Assembly (NCBI GenBank): GCA_040081625.1
Contig: JBEBGD010000041.1
Location: 1-41,756 of the forward strand
Length of the DNA stretch: 41,756 nucleotides
From: Chthoniobacteraceae bacterium
GTDB lineage: Bacteria; Verrucomicrobiota; Verrucomicrobiia; Chthoniobacterales; Chthoniobacteraceae
Direction of reading: 5' to 3'
Shown one piece after another: positions 30,012 through 38,828 of the stretch (positions are counted from its first letter, which is position 1; every line of letters begins with the position of its first letter). A model generated the notes under the pieces. That model saw only the letters and a list, made by a program, of their open reading frames with translations. It was not told the DNA's origin and made no database searches. The position numbers were made by a program, and so were the translations under genes.

Positions 30012-32977
30012 CGCGCGAACGCCTTGTCCTTCGCATTCCCGCCGCTGAGCAGGTAGGCGAGCAGGTCTTTCAGCTCGTCCTCGTTCAGCGAGCTGATGAG
30101 CCCCGGCGGCATCATCGAGACACTCCACGGCTGGCGCGACTTCACCGCCGATTCGTCCACGGGCGTGAGGTCGTTCGGCGTGAGCGGGCTCGTCATTACG
30201 AAGAGCTTCCCGTTTTCCTGCACGACAACGCGCCCGATGACGACGCTCCCGTCCTTCAATTCGATCTGCTCGCTACCGTATTGGTCGGAGATGACTTTAC
30301 TCGGATCGACGATGTTTTCCGCGAGGTCGCGCATCGTGTAGCGGTTGCCGACGCCGGTGAGGTCGGGGCCGATGTTGCCGCCGTCGCCGGCGATGTGATG
30401 GCACGACGCGCACAGCGTCGCCGCATACATGGCTTTGCCGTTCTCGTAGCTGCGACCCTTCAGCCCGCCCTTCGTGAGCGCGACGATGTCATCCACGCCG
30501 TAAGCGCGGCCCGGGCCCTTCGGCATGACGACGTTTTGCGCCGGCGCGGGGGCCGCGCGTTTGCTCAGCTCGTCGAGCACGGCGCGCCCGGGTTCGGGGA
30601 CATTCGTGAGCGCTTCGGTGCGGATGTTTTCGAGGAACTTGGTGAAGCTGTTGCCACCCTTCCATGCACGCGTGCTCGGGAACCATGCGAAGAACGTCTT
30701 CCGCAGCGCGGGCGTCCAGCCGGCGGTCGCGACGCGCAGCGAGTAGGCGTAGGCGATGGCCTGGCGGTTTGGCCTGCTCGCGGTCATCGCATGCGCCGCG
30801 CGTGCGTAGCCGTCGTTGCGCGCGAGCACGGCGTCGCTCGCGAGCGCTTCGACGACATCGCGCGTCGTCGCGAGCAGAGGCACGGCTTTGCCGACGATCT
30901 TCTTCGAGTCGAGGAAGACGAGAAGCTGGACGAGTTCGCGATTCACGAGCGGATCGGCGTGCGGGAAAATCGGGTCGAGCTTCGCGGCGATCTTCGCGCA
31001 TACATCGGGCGCGGGCTTGCCCATGCGCGTGAAGCACAGCTCCCACGCACGCAGCACCGGCAGCGAATCATCGAGCCGCGAGAGCGCGTCGATGAGTCGC
31101 GGCTGAAGCGATTTGTCGCCGACGCGAGCGAGCGCGATAAGCGACTCGACGTTCATTTCCGCGAGGGCGCGCCCGGCCCACAAGCTCGAGGGCTGACGCT
31201 CGATCGCCACGCGCGCAGCCCAGCGGATGAAGCGATCCCCGCTCGCGAGATGCGGCCAAGCCTTTTCGATCGCCTCCGGGCCGGTGCCTTTGTCGTGCAG
31301 CTTCTCCAGGTCGCGACGCAGCTTCGCCTCCGCGGTGAGCGGCAGCGGCGTCGCGGGCGCGGTGCTCTCGCCGCCCGTGTAGGTGATGCGATACAGCCCG
31401 CTCTGCGTGTTGCGTCCGCCGATCGTGAAATACATCGCGCCGTCCTTCGGGTGAATGAGCACGTCGGTGAGCGGCAGCGACTTGCCCGAGAGGAAGTCCT
31501 CCTTCTCCGCGCGGAAGCTCGCCCCATCGGGCGTGAAGTGAACGGCCCACATCGTCCCGTAGGTCCAATCGCACGCGAACATCGCGCGCTGATATTTCGC
31601 CGGAAACCTCGCGCCGGTGCCGAAGATGGTGCCCGTCGGCGAGCCGGGACCGATGTCCACGGCGGCGGGCAACGAGTCGGCGTAGTATTCCGGCCAGCGC
31701 CCCGCGCCGCTGCGCCAGCCGCAGTCACCGCCACTCACGCAGTGGTTGATGCGCGTGGGCATATACCACGGCGTGCCGATGTCCCACTCCATGTCGGAGT
31801 CGTAGGTGAAGATCTCGCCGTTCGCGTCGAAGGCGATGTCGTATTGGTTGCGGAAGCCGATGGTGAAAAGCTCGAACGACTTCCCGTCGAGATCGGTGCG
31901 GGCGACGTAACCACCGGGCGCGAGCACGCCTTTCGCGTGGCCGTTCGCGTCCCACAGTCGCGGCGTGAGATGGTCTTCGCCGTAGGCCACGGGGCGCGCG
32001 ATTTCCATGTTCTCCGGAAGCTTCGTGTGATTGCCGCTCGCGAAGTAGATCGACTTCCCATCCCGCGCGAGCGCGAGGCCATGCGGCCCGTGCTCGCCGC
32101 CGCCCTGGATCGTGCGCAGGCGCTCGGCGCTGGCGAACTCCTCATCGCCGCCCGGATCGCGCAGCCGCCACAGACCTTTGCCGGCCTTCTCGTTGTTCAT
32201 CAGGTAAAGGCTGCCGTTCGCGTAGAGCAACCCGTGCGCACCGCCGAGCGGCCTGCCGTCGATGTCCGGCGGCGTGCTGATCGGCTCGACCTTCACCGGC
32301 GAGACCGACACGTCGATGCGATACAGCCCGCCTCCTTGATCGCACGTGATGAGCCGGCCCTTGCCATCGACCGTCATCGAAACCCACGAGCCCTGCTCCG
32401 GCTTCGGCACCGTGTAGAGCAGCTCCGCCTTGAAGCCCTGCGGGACTGCGATGTCCTTCGGATCGATCGCCACCTGCGGACCCCCTCCCCTCGCGGGCTT
32501 CCCGGAGAAGACTTCGCCCCACGGTCCCTCGCCGTATTTCTTGATCACGACCGCGGCCTTCGTGTCCGACTTCCCCGCGTGCGTCGCCTGCCAGCCTTCG
32601 CCGGTTTCGACCGCGAGCTTCTTTCCATCCACGAGTTCGATCGCGAGCACCGCGACCGCCGCGCCGAGGCTGCCGTTGTTGCGCGCGTCGAGCGTGAGCG
32701 TGTTGCGACCACGCACGAGCAGCGCCTTCACGTCGCCCTTCGCGGGTTGCTGCCACGCGGGACTGGCGAGCGCGAGCTTGTCGTTGAGCAGCGCCTTGCC
32801 GGAGTCGTCGATGGAGAACTGCAGCGTCGCCGACTTCACCTCGCCCGGCACCTCGAACTCCGTCCGCAGCGTGACCTGCTCGCCGTTCGTCGCGTTCCTG
32901 GCGAACCAGATCCACTGCGGCTCGGCGTGGGCGAAAACCGCGAGACCGAAAAGGATAACGAACGGACGGGAATTCAT
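30008..32977 (-). CDS. PVC-type heme-binding (CxxCH) protein with sorbosone-dehydrogenase-like propeller, HEAT-like repeats and an N-terminal carbohydrate-binding-like domain
   Basis: Signal peptide; QWIW domain; GEHGPHG, GFRNQYD, DSDMEWD, GPGSPTG; CASCH..GPDLT..IVDPS..SMMPPGL. Confidence 0.88.
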   Translation of the reverse strand: MNSRPFVILFGLAVFAHAEPQWIWFARNATNGEQVTLRTEFEVPGEVKSATLQFSIDDSGKALLNDKLALASPAWQQPAKGDVKALLVRGRNTLTLDARNNGSLGAAVAVLAIELVDGKKLAVETGEGWQATHAGKSDTKAAVVIKKYGEGPWGEVFSGKPARGGGPQVAIDPKDIAVPQGFKAELLYTVPKPEQGSWVSMTVDGKGRLITCDQGGGLYRIDVSVSPVKVEPISTPPDIDGRPLGGAHGLLYANGSLYLMNNEKAGKGLWRLRDPGGDEEFASAERLRTIQGGGEHGPHGLALARDGKSIYFASGNHTKLPENMEIARPVAYGEDHLTPRLWDANGHAKGVLAPGGYVARTDLDGKSFELFTIGFRNQYDIAFDANGEIFTYDSDMEWDIGTPWYMPTRINHCVSGGDCGWRSGAGRWPEYYADSLPAAVDIGPGSPTGTIFGTGARFPAKYQRAMFACDWTYGTMWAVHFTPDGASFRAEKEDFLSGKSLPLTDVLIHPKDGAMYFTIGGRNTQSGLYRITYTGGESTAPATPLPLTAEAKLRRDLEKLHDKGTGPEAIEKAWPHLASGDRFIRWAARVAIERQPSSLWAGRALAEMNVESLIALARVGDKSLQPRLIDALSRLDDSLPVLRAWELCFTRMGKPAPDVCAKIAAKLDPIFPHADPLVNRELVQLLVFLDSKKIVGKAVPLLATTRDVVEALASDAVLARNDGYARAAHAMTASRPNRQAIAYAYSLRVATAGWTPALRKTFFAWFPSTRAWKGGNSFTKFLENIRTEALTNVPEPGRAVLDELSKRAAPAPAQNVVMPKGPGRAYGVDDIVALTKGGLKGRSYENGKAMYAATLCASCHHIAGDGGNIGPDLTGVGNRYTMRDLAENIVDPSKVISDQYGSEQIELKDGSVVIGRVVVQENGKLFVMTSPLTPNDLTPVDESAVKSRQPWSVSMMPPGLISSLNEDELKDLLAYLLSGGNAKDKAFAR

Positions 32978-33028
32978 GTGCGGCAGTGAATTCGCCACCT
33001 TCGGAAAGCTTAGCCGTGGAACGGCGTG

Positions 33029-34090
33029 CTACGCGCGGACGAGGTGCGCGAAGATTTCGATCTCGGCGGTCTGCGGGAACATATCCAGCGGCGTGACGCT
33101 TTCGAGGCGGTAGCCGGCCTTGATCCGCGAGATGTCGCGGGCGAGCGTCGCCGGATTGCACGAAATGTAGCCGATCTCCGATGGCTTGGCGGCGAGCAGG
33201 ATGTCGGTCACTGCCGGGTTCACGCCCTCGGACGGCGGATCGAGCAGGACCGTCGTGCGCTCCGCGTCATGGCCGGCGAGGATGTCGCCGAGCTTCGCAG
33301 CGACATCGCCTTCCACGTAGTTCTCTTTCGTGCTGGCGTCCTTGCGCGCGTGCTTGATGGCCGCCGCATTCGTCTCGATTCCGACAATTTTCTCCGCGTG
33401 CTCCACGAGTGCCTTGGCGAAAAGGCCGCCCCCGCAATACGCATCGACGAGCAGCGCCTGGTCGCGGCGCAGCGCGGCATCAACCATCCCGACGAGTGCG
33501 CGGGTGACCTGCTCATTGGTCTGCTCGAAAAATGGACCGGCGCCGCCGGGCGCGCGCAGCGAGTAATCGCCGTCGGGGACTTTTGAATTGCGCAGCTTGC
33601 GCAAGGCCTTGTTCACATCGGGCTGGGCGAGGATGCACTGCTCGACGTCGATGAGACGCCGCGACTCGAAAGTGAAAAAGCCGGTCACTCCCTCGGAGCG
33701 ATGGACGCGGATGCGGTTGCGGTAACCGTAGGTATTCGTCGAGCCGACGATGGGGCGCATCGGCACGTCGTCGAGCTTTGCCACGCGGCGCAGCGCGTCG
33801 GCGACCTGCTTGGATTTGATCGCGAGCTGCGCGTCGTAGCGGAGGTGCTGATACATACAGCCGCCGCAGCCGCTGAAGTAGGGGCACGGCGCATCGACGC
33901 GATCGGAGGAGGGCGTCATCAGCTTCACGGCGCGCGCCTCGGCGAAGTTCTTTTTCTGCTTCACGATCTGCGCGGTGACGGTGTCGCCCGGGACGGTGAA
34001 GGGCACAAAGATGACCTGTCCATCGTGACGCGCGACGCCCTTGCCGCCAAAGGCGATGTCTTCGATGTGGAGGACGAGAAGGTCGGGCAT
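33029..34090 (-). CDS. TRAM-domain RNA m5U methyltransferase (RlmD/TrmA family)
   Basis: TRAM (IEDIAFGGKGVAR..FVPFTVPGD), CPYFSGCGGC Fe-S motif, FFEQTN, DAYCGGG, LDPP, YISCNPATLARD, DMFPQT. Confidence 0.92.
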   Translation of the reverse strand: MPDLLVLHIEDIAFGGKGVARHDGQVIFVPFTVPGDTVTAQIVKQKKNFAEARAVKLMTPSSDRVDAPCPYFSGCGGCMYQHLRYDAQLAIKSKQVADALRRVAKLDDVPMRPIVGSTNTYGYRNRIRVHRSEGVTGFFTFESRRLIDVEQCILAQPDVNKALRKLRNSKVPDGDYSLRAPGGAGPFFEQTNEQVTRALVGMVDAALRRDQALLVDAYCGGGLFAKALVEHAEKIVGIETNAAAIKHARKDASTKENYVEGDVAAKLGDILAGHDAERTTVLLDPPSEGVNPAVTDILLAAKPSEIGYISCNPATLARDISRIKAGYRLESVTPLDMFPQTAEIEIFAHLVRA

Positions 34091-34096
34091 GGGAAT

Positions 34097-34116
34097 GGAT
34101 GAAGGATGAAGGATGA
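34097..34116. repeat. Short heptamer tandem repeat (GGATGAA, about 3 copies)
   Basis: ggatgaa ggatgaa ggatga directly upstream of the methyltransferase start; inverted partner ccttcatc-g-ttcc at 34184-34196. Confidence 0.6.
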
Positions 34117-34196
34117 GTCTGCGTTTCAGCGCACGCCGGCAAACACGCATCGGGCAGTGCTTACTCCATCCTTGGGCGCTCCGCCTTCATCGTTCC

Positions 34197-34253
34197 AAAA
34201 AAAAGAGGCTCCCGCCACCTGGCGCATCACAGCGGCGCCAGAGCGGGAGCCTC
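34197..34253 (-). terminator. Rho-independent terminator downstream of the TIGR04073-like gene
   Basis: Minus strand GAGGCTCCCGC..CTGGCGC-loop-GCGCCAG..GCGGGAGCCTC followed by T8. Confidence 0.9.
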
Positions 34254-34271
34254 AAGTCGGATCGACCGGGC

Positions 34272-34688
34272 CTACGGATAGGCGTAAACGGCGCGCACGT
34301 AGTGGTAGCGGCTCTCCCAGCCGAGTTCCGGCGGGAACTCATCCATGCCGCCATGAATCCACGGGACGTTGTTCTTATACGGCTGCTTGTAGCTGCCGCG
34401 GTTGGTCGGGAACGGGAAAGTGAGCACTTCAAAAACGCCGTAGCCCATGCGCGCGATGCAGCGCCCGACGCCTTTGACGATGCCGTAGGTCCACGCGGCG
34501 TTGTTGCCTTCGCGCTCGTTCATCATTGCCGGTTGGTATGAGAGTTCACCGTAACCGAAACAGAAATTGGCCAGTCCGCGGCTGAGCTTGCGCGTGGGGC
34601 CCTGATCGTTGATCGGCGGATCTTGAATGTCGGCCAGGGCGGTCGTCGCGAACAACGAGAGGAGGGCGAGGCTGAGGAGAGATTTCAT
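34272..34688 (-). CDS. Exosortase system-associated protein (TIGR04073-like)
   Basis: Signal peptide, then KLSRGLAN..GYGE..GIVKGVGR.IARMGYGVFEVLTFPFP. Confidence 0.8.
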   Translation of the reverse strand: MKSLLSLALLSLFATTALADIQDPPINDQGPTRKLSRGLANFCFGYGELSYQPAMMNEREGNNAAWTYGIVKGVGRCIARMGYGVFEVLTFPFPTNRGSYKQPYKNNVPWIHGGMDEFPPELGWESRYHYVRAVYAYP

Positions 34689-34698
34689 TGGTGAGCGC

Positions 34699-34728
34699 AG
34701 GCTAGCGCGAACGCTCGACCGCTGGCAA
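34699..34728 (-). promoter_or_regulatory. Candidate sigma70 promoter, near-leaderless
   Basis: TTGCCA-N18-TAGCCT, then 10 nt to ATG 34688. Confidence 0.5.
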
Positions 34729-34754
34729 CCGCGATTTTCATCCGGAGCGCATTT

Positions 34755-35396
34755 TTACTTCATCCAGTGCCAGAGGTGCTCGATGCCGTGGCCGAGCAGG
34801 ATCGCCATGACGACGAAATAGATCCACGCGATCACATTCACGACGTAGCCGGCGAGCACGAAGATCCCATCGCGCTCCATGAGCCCCGCCGTGAGCAGCA
34901 CGACCGAGAGCGCCGGGATCGTGTTCGAGAGCGGAATGAGCGGCGGCAAAGGCAGGAGCAACTGGATGCCGCCGCTCGCGAGCCCGATGCCGATGAGATT
35001 GACCGCGATGGGCGACGCGCGCATGAAGTGCATCCGCGGGCGCGCGAGCTTTTCGATCAAGGCCGAGAGCTTGAGGCCGAGCATGACGATCTTGTCGAGC
35101 AGCGCGTGGCTGATGGTCTTGCGCAGGATGAAGCGGGGCAGGTCGGGCTTGTGCCCGCACGCGATGCGCACGCCGAGCAGCAGGATCACCACACCGAAGG
35201 GCATCGAGAGGCCCGGAATGGTGATCGGAAAACAGAACGGCACCGAAAGGATGAGGAGAAAGAGCGCGAATCCCCGGCCCTTCAGCCGCTGCTCGAGTTC
35301 GCCGAATGTCACAGCCCGGCCGGCGGTGTCGCGAAGCAGTTCGCGAAAGTCTTCACTCAACCGGCGCGGCGGAGGCTCAGGCGCAGGAGGGATCAT
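34755..35396 (-). CDS. exoD: Exopolysaccharide synthesis protein ExoD family
   Basis: RGFALFLLILSVP..PITIPG, LPRFI, LARPR, PLSNTIPA..GLMERDG; start placed at ATG 35396. Confidence 0.85.
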   Translation of the reverse strand: MIPPAPEPPPRRLSEDFRELLRDTAGRAVTFGELEQRLKGRGFALFLLILSVPFCFPITIPGLSMPFGVVILLLGVRIACGHKPDLPRFILRKTISHALLDKIVMLGLKLSALIEKLARPRMHFMRASPIAVNLIGIGLASGGIQLLLPLPPLIPLSNTIPALSVVLLTAGLMERDGIFVLAGYVVNVIAWIYFVVMAILLGHGIEHLWHWMK

Positions 35397-35490
35397 GCGC
35401 TCGCCGATTGGGTATCGCTGGCCGCAATCCACCCGCCGGCCAGCGTGCTGACGGGCAACCACTTTGCGAGCGACGACATGGGCGGGCGCC

Positions 35491-36102
35491 TCAGTGGGTG
35501 ACAGTTACCGGCGTGCCGACGCTCACGTTTTCAAAAAAGCGCTCGGCCATGAATCCAGGCATCCGGATGCAGCCGTGACTCGCGGGATATCCCGGCAGGA
35601 ACCCCTCGTGCATCCCGACCCCGCCGTGGATGCGCATGAAATACGGCATGCTAGCCCCGACATACTTCGCCCCGGCCGGCATCCGGTCTTTGGTTCGGTC
35701 GATGTCCTTCTTCACGATCTCGCCACTGCTGGCATCCACGTAGTCCCCGTAGAGTGATGACGCGTGATGGCGATCCTTCTGCTGAATGCGGAAGCTGCCG
35801 GTCGGCGTATTGAAGCCTTCGCGGCCGGACGAAAGGATCGAGACACCGACGAGCTGGCCGCCCTTGTAGAAGAAGGCCTTCTGTTCGCCGAGATCGATAC
35901 GTAGCGACGGAGAACCCGCCACGCCATTGCCATCCCAATACGAGACGTCGTCGTGCGGCGCGCGCTTCTGCTGCGCGTGCGGTGCGCGCCGAAAGCCGCC
36001 GATGTAGAGCGTGTCATCGCGGTATCCACCGCCGAGGCGGCAGCCGGAAAACACGACGGCGGTGAGGATAAAAAGTGCGAGGCAGGCCTTGGAACGAATC
36101 AT
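35491..36102 (-). CDS. L,D-transpeptidase (YkuD family) lipoprotein
   Basis: Lipobox FSGC; IDLGEQK, SSGR..TPTGSF, MPYFMR, HEG..PGYPASHGCIRM. Confidence 0.92.
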   Translation of the reverse strand: MIRSKACLALFILTAVVFSGCRLGGGYRDDTLYIGGFRRAPHAQQKRAPHDDVSYWDGNGVAGSPSLRIDLGEQKAFFYKGGQLVGVSILSSGREGFNTPTGSFRIQQKDRHHASSLYGDYVDASSGEIVKKDIDRTKDRMPAGAKYVGASMPYFMRIHGGVGMHEGFLPGYPASHGCIRMPGFMAERFFENVSVGTPVTVTH

Positions 36103-36133
36103 GTCTCTTGGGTTTATGGCGAAGAAGCCGCGC

Positions 36134-36162
36134 GCATTAGCCGCGTGGATCGTCTGCGTCAA
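36134..36162 (-). promoter_or_regulatory. Candidate sigma70 promoter of the L,D-transpeptidase gene
   Basis: TTGACG-N17-TAATGC (preceded by GC). Confidence 0.4.
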
Positions 36163-36236
36163 GCGGCCGGGTCAATTACGAAGTCACTTACGGCGCTTGC
36201 CAGCGGCGCGCCCGGCTGATTTCTATGACGAACGCC

Positions 36237-37043
36237 ATGCCGCTCCGGAAATCCAAGTCCTCGAAAAAGGCGGTTCCGAAATCCGCCCGCCCCGCCCGCA
36301 AGGCGCCCGCGAAAAAAGCGCCCGCGAAGAAGCCGGCGCGCAAACCATCAACTGCCAGGCGCGTGAAACCCGCCGCCGCCTTGAAACGCGCGACGCCCAA
36401 GTCCGCGCGCCCGGCGAAGGCTCCCGCCACGAAGTCTCCCGAGGCGCCGAAGACCTTGCGCGAGCAGAAGGTCGCGGTGCGCCTCGAGATGAGAACCGCA
36501 GTGCTCAAAATCCGCGAGCGCGCGCGGCGCTCGAAGGAACTCTGCAAGGAGATCATCTCGCATCCCTCGTGGCGCCGCTCGGTCATCGTCGCGATTTTTG
36601 CGCCGATGGATACCGAGCCGGATGTCGAGCTGCTCTGGAAATACGCGGAGGGGAAAACCATCTGCTATCCGACCATCCGCATGGGTGGCCTCGATTTCAT
36701 GAGCGTCGGCGGGCCCGATTCGGTCGCCATCGGGAAGTTCGGGATTCGCGAGCCGATCTTCGACCAGTCGCGCGTCATCCCGCCGGACACGTTCGACGTC
36801 GTGCTCGTGCCCGGCACAGCCTTCACCGCGAATGGCGACCGACTCGGACGTGGCGGCGGTTTTTACGATCGCCTGCTCTCCTCGCCGGGATTCCGCGCGT
36901 TCAAGGTCGGCGTCTGCTTCCAGCGCCAGGTGCTCGACTCGGTGCCGGTCGAACCGCACGACCAGCGAGTGCATCGCGTCGTGACCGAGGGCGGCTGGCT
37001 CCAGCGCCCGGACTTCATAAAGGCCGGCAAGCCGAACGCCTGA
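36237..37043 (+). CDS. 5-formyltetrahydrofolate cyclo-ligase with Lys/Ala/Pro-rich N-terminal extension
   Basis: EPDV, GKFGIREP, VLVPGTAF...GDRLGRGGGFYDR, VPVEPHD..VVTE; alternative ATG at 36225. Confidence 0.92.
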   Translation: MPLRKSKSSKKAVPKSARPARKAPAKKAPAKKPARKPSTARRVKPAAALKRATPKSARPAKAPATKSPEAPKTLREQKVAVRLEMRTAVLKIRERARRSKELCKEIISHPSWRRSVIVAIFAPMDTEPDVELLWKYAEGKTICYPTIRMGGLDFMSVGGPDSVAIGKFGIREPIFDQSRVIPPDTFDVVLVPGTAFTANGDRLGRGGGFYDRLLSSPGFRAFKVGVCFQRQVLDSVPVEPHDQRVHRVVTEGGWLQRPDFIKAGKPNA

Positions 37044-37044
37044 C

Positions 37045-38130
37045 TCAGATCCCGAGCCAGAGCCGCGTGATCAAGTAGCCGAGCAGCGCGGTGGCCGGCA
37101 GCGTGAGCACCCACGCCATGAGGATGCGCTGAATCACCGGCATGTTCAGCGCGCCGGGCCGCTTGGCGAAGCCGACGCCCATGATGCTCGTGCTGATCGC
37201 GTGCGTCGTCGAAACCGGCATCCCCAAGCTTTGCGCCGCCATCAGCACGGTCGCCGCGGTGGTCTCCGCCGCGAAGCCGTGAATCGGCTGCAGCTTCACC
37301 ATCTTGTGCCCCATCGTCTTGATGATCTTCCACCCGCCCGCCGCGGTGCCGGCGGACATCACGACCGCGCACGTGACCTTGATCCAGATCGGAATCGCAT
37401 TCACAGCGTCGGGCGCGGTGCGCAGAAACTCCAGCCACCCCGGCGCCTCCTTGAGCGTGCCCGCCTTCGTCGCGGCGATGAGCGCGAGACAGATGATGCC
37501 CATCGTCTTCTGCGCGTCGTTGCTGCCGTGGCTGAATCCCATGTAGGCCGCGCTCACGATCTGCGCCTTGCCGAAGAAGCGGCTGACGATCGCGGGTCGC
37601 CAGGTCCGGACCAGCGCGAAGAGCAGCGTCGTGAAGACCATGCCGATCACAAAGCCCGCGACCGGCGAACTGACCATCGGGATGATCACCTTGTGATACA
37701 CGCCGTCCCACTTGAACCACGGCGCGCCCACCTTCACTTTGGTCCAAATGATCGCGCCAAAATTGCCGTGCGCGCCCGCTACGACCGCGCCGCACAACCC
37801 GCCAATCAGCGCGTGTGAAGAACTCGACGGCAGCCCGAACCACCACGTCAGCAGATTCCAGATGATGCCGCCGAGCAGCGCGCTCGCGATGATGATCTCC
37901 GGCGCGGTCTCGACGACCTTCCCATCGACCAGGCCCGACGAGATAGTTTTTGCGACGGCCGTGCCCCAGAGCGCCCCGAGCAGATTCGTGATCGACGCCA
38001 GGCCGATCGCGGAACGCGGCGTGAGCACCTTGGTGGAGACCACCGTGGCGATCGAGTTGGCGGTGTCGTGGAAGCCGTTGATGTATTCAAACACCAGCGC
38101 CACGAGGATGACCGTGAGCAGCAGGGCCAT
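37045..38130 (-). CDS. Inorganic phosphate transporter, PiT family
   Basis: NGFHDTANSIAT, PSSSSHALIGG, HGSNDAQK, PVSTTH. Confidence 0.95.
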   Translation of the reverse strand: MALLLTVILVALVFEYINGFHDTANSIATVVSTKVLTPRSAIGLASITNLLGALWGTAVAKTISSGLVDGKVVETAPEIIIASALLGGIIWNLLTWWFGLPSSSSHALIGGLCGAVVAGAHGNFGAIIWTKVKVGAPWFKWDGVYHKVIIPMVSSPVAGFVIGMVFTTLLFALVRTWRPAIVSRFFGKAQIVSAAYMGFSHGSNDAQKTMGIICLALIAATKAGTLKEAPGWLEFLRTAPDAVNAIPIWIKVTCAVVMSAGTAAGGWKIIKTMGHKMVKLQPIHGFAAETTAATVLMAAQSLGMPVSTTHAISTSIMGVGFAKRPGALNMPVIQRILMAWVLTLPATALLGYLITRLWLGI

Positions 38131-38137
38131 GCGGGGC

Positions 38138-38776
38138 TCAGGCGTTCTTCAGCGCGACGTGAAAGACCACGAAGCCCGCATCGCGACAGCGATCCACGGC
38201 CTTCTCGAGCAAATCGTAAACGTCCTTCCACGAGATGATCACCCGCGCGTCGGTCTCCTCGCGGTAGAGCATCTGCAGCAGCTCGCTGATGGCCCGGTCA
38301 GCCTCTCCTTCGATCGCCTGGAGCTGCGCGTATTCGTCTTTGATCTGCTCGCCGTGCCCCGCCGCGCAGAGATCGGTCACCATTTTCTCGACGACCTCCG
38401 CGCCGCGCACAAGCAGCGAGAGTTGTCGTTGCACAGTTGGCAGGCCCTTCATCGAAGGGCTGATCGCCAGCCGCTCGGCGATCTTTTCGACCGTCTTCGA
38501 GATTTTGTAGAGCGCGTCGGAGAGGCCCTCGATGTCCTCGCGCTCGAGCGGCGTGTAGAACTGTTTGCACAGTGCCTCGGTGATTTCGTTGCTGATCTGT
38601 TTGTGCGCCGCCCGCTTGCGCGCAATCTCGACGATCTGCGGCTCGGCGCCGCCTCGCGCCAACTGCTCAATAAGCGTGATCAACCGCTGCGTGCCGGCGC
38701 GCGCCTCAGCCGCGCTCGCGGCGAGGAGATCGAAGAACTTGCGGTCCCGACCGAGGAAACGTTGGAGAGCGGACAT
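38138..38776 (-). CDS. DUF47 / PhoU-like PiT accessory protein
   Basis: FYTPLEREDI, IEGEAD, WKDVY..LEKAVDRC; directly upstream of pit. Confidence 0.9.
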   Translation of the reverse strand: MSALQRFLGRDRKFFDLLAASAAEARAGTQRLITLIEQLARGGAEPQIVEIARKRAAHKQISNEITEALCKQFYTPLEREDIEGLSDALYKISKTVEKIAERLAISPSMKGLPTVQRQLSLLVRGAEVVEKMVTDLCAAGHGEQIKDEYAQLQAIEGEADRAISELLQMLYREETDARVIISWKDVYDLLEKAVDRCRDAGFVVFHVALKNA

Positions 38777-38828
38777 GGGATGCAGGTATCAGGCAGTCGC
38801 GTCGCGCGGCAAAGCACAAATACGGCGG

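Noticed and set aside
30281..32989. Long antisense ORFs (30281-32989, 21599-23371, 26157-28031, 24489-25976 and others)
   Set aside because: They are shadow frames of well-supported genes in high-GC DNA, with R/A-rich composition and no motifs.
36103..36236. Possible 6S RNA upstream of 5-formyl-THF cyclo-ligase (ssrS-ygfA synteny)
   Set aside because: The spacer is only 134 nt, serves divergent genes, and shows no long rod-like pairing.
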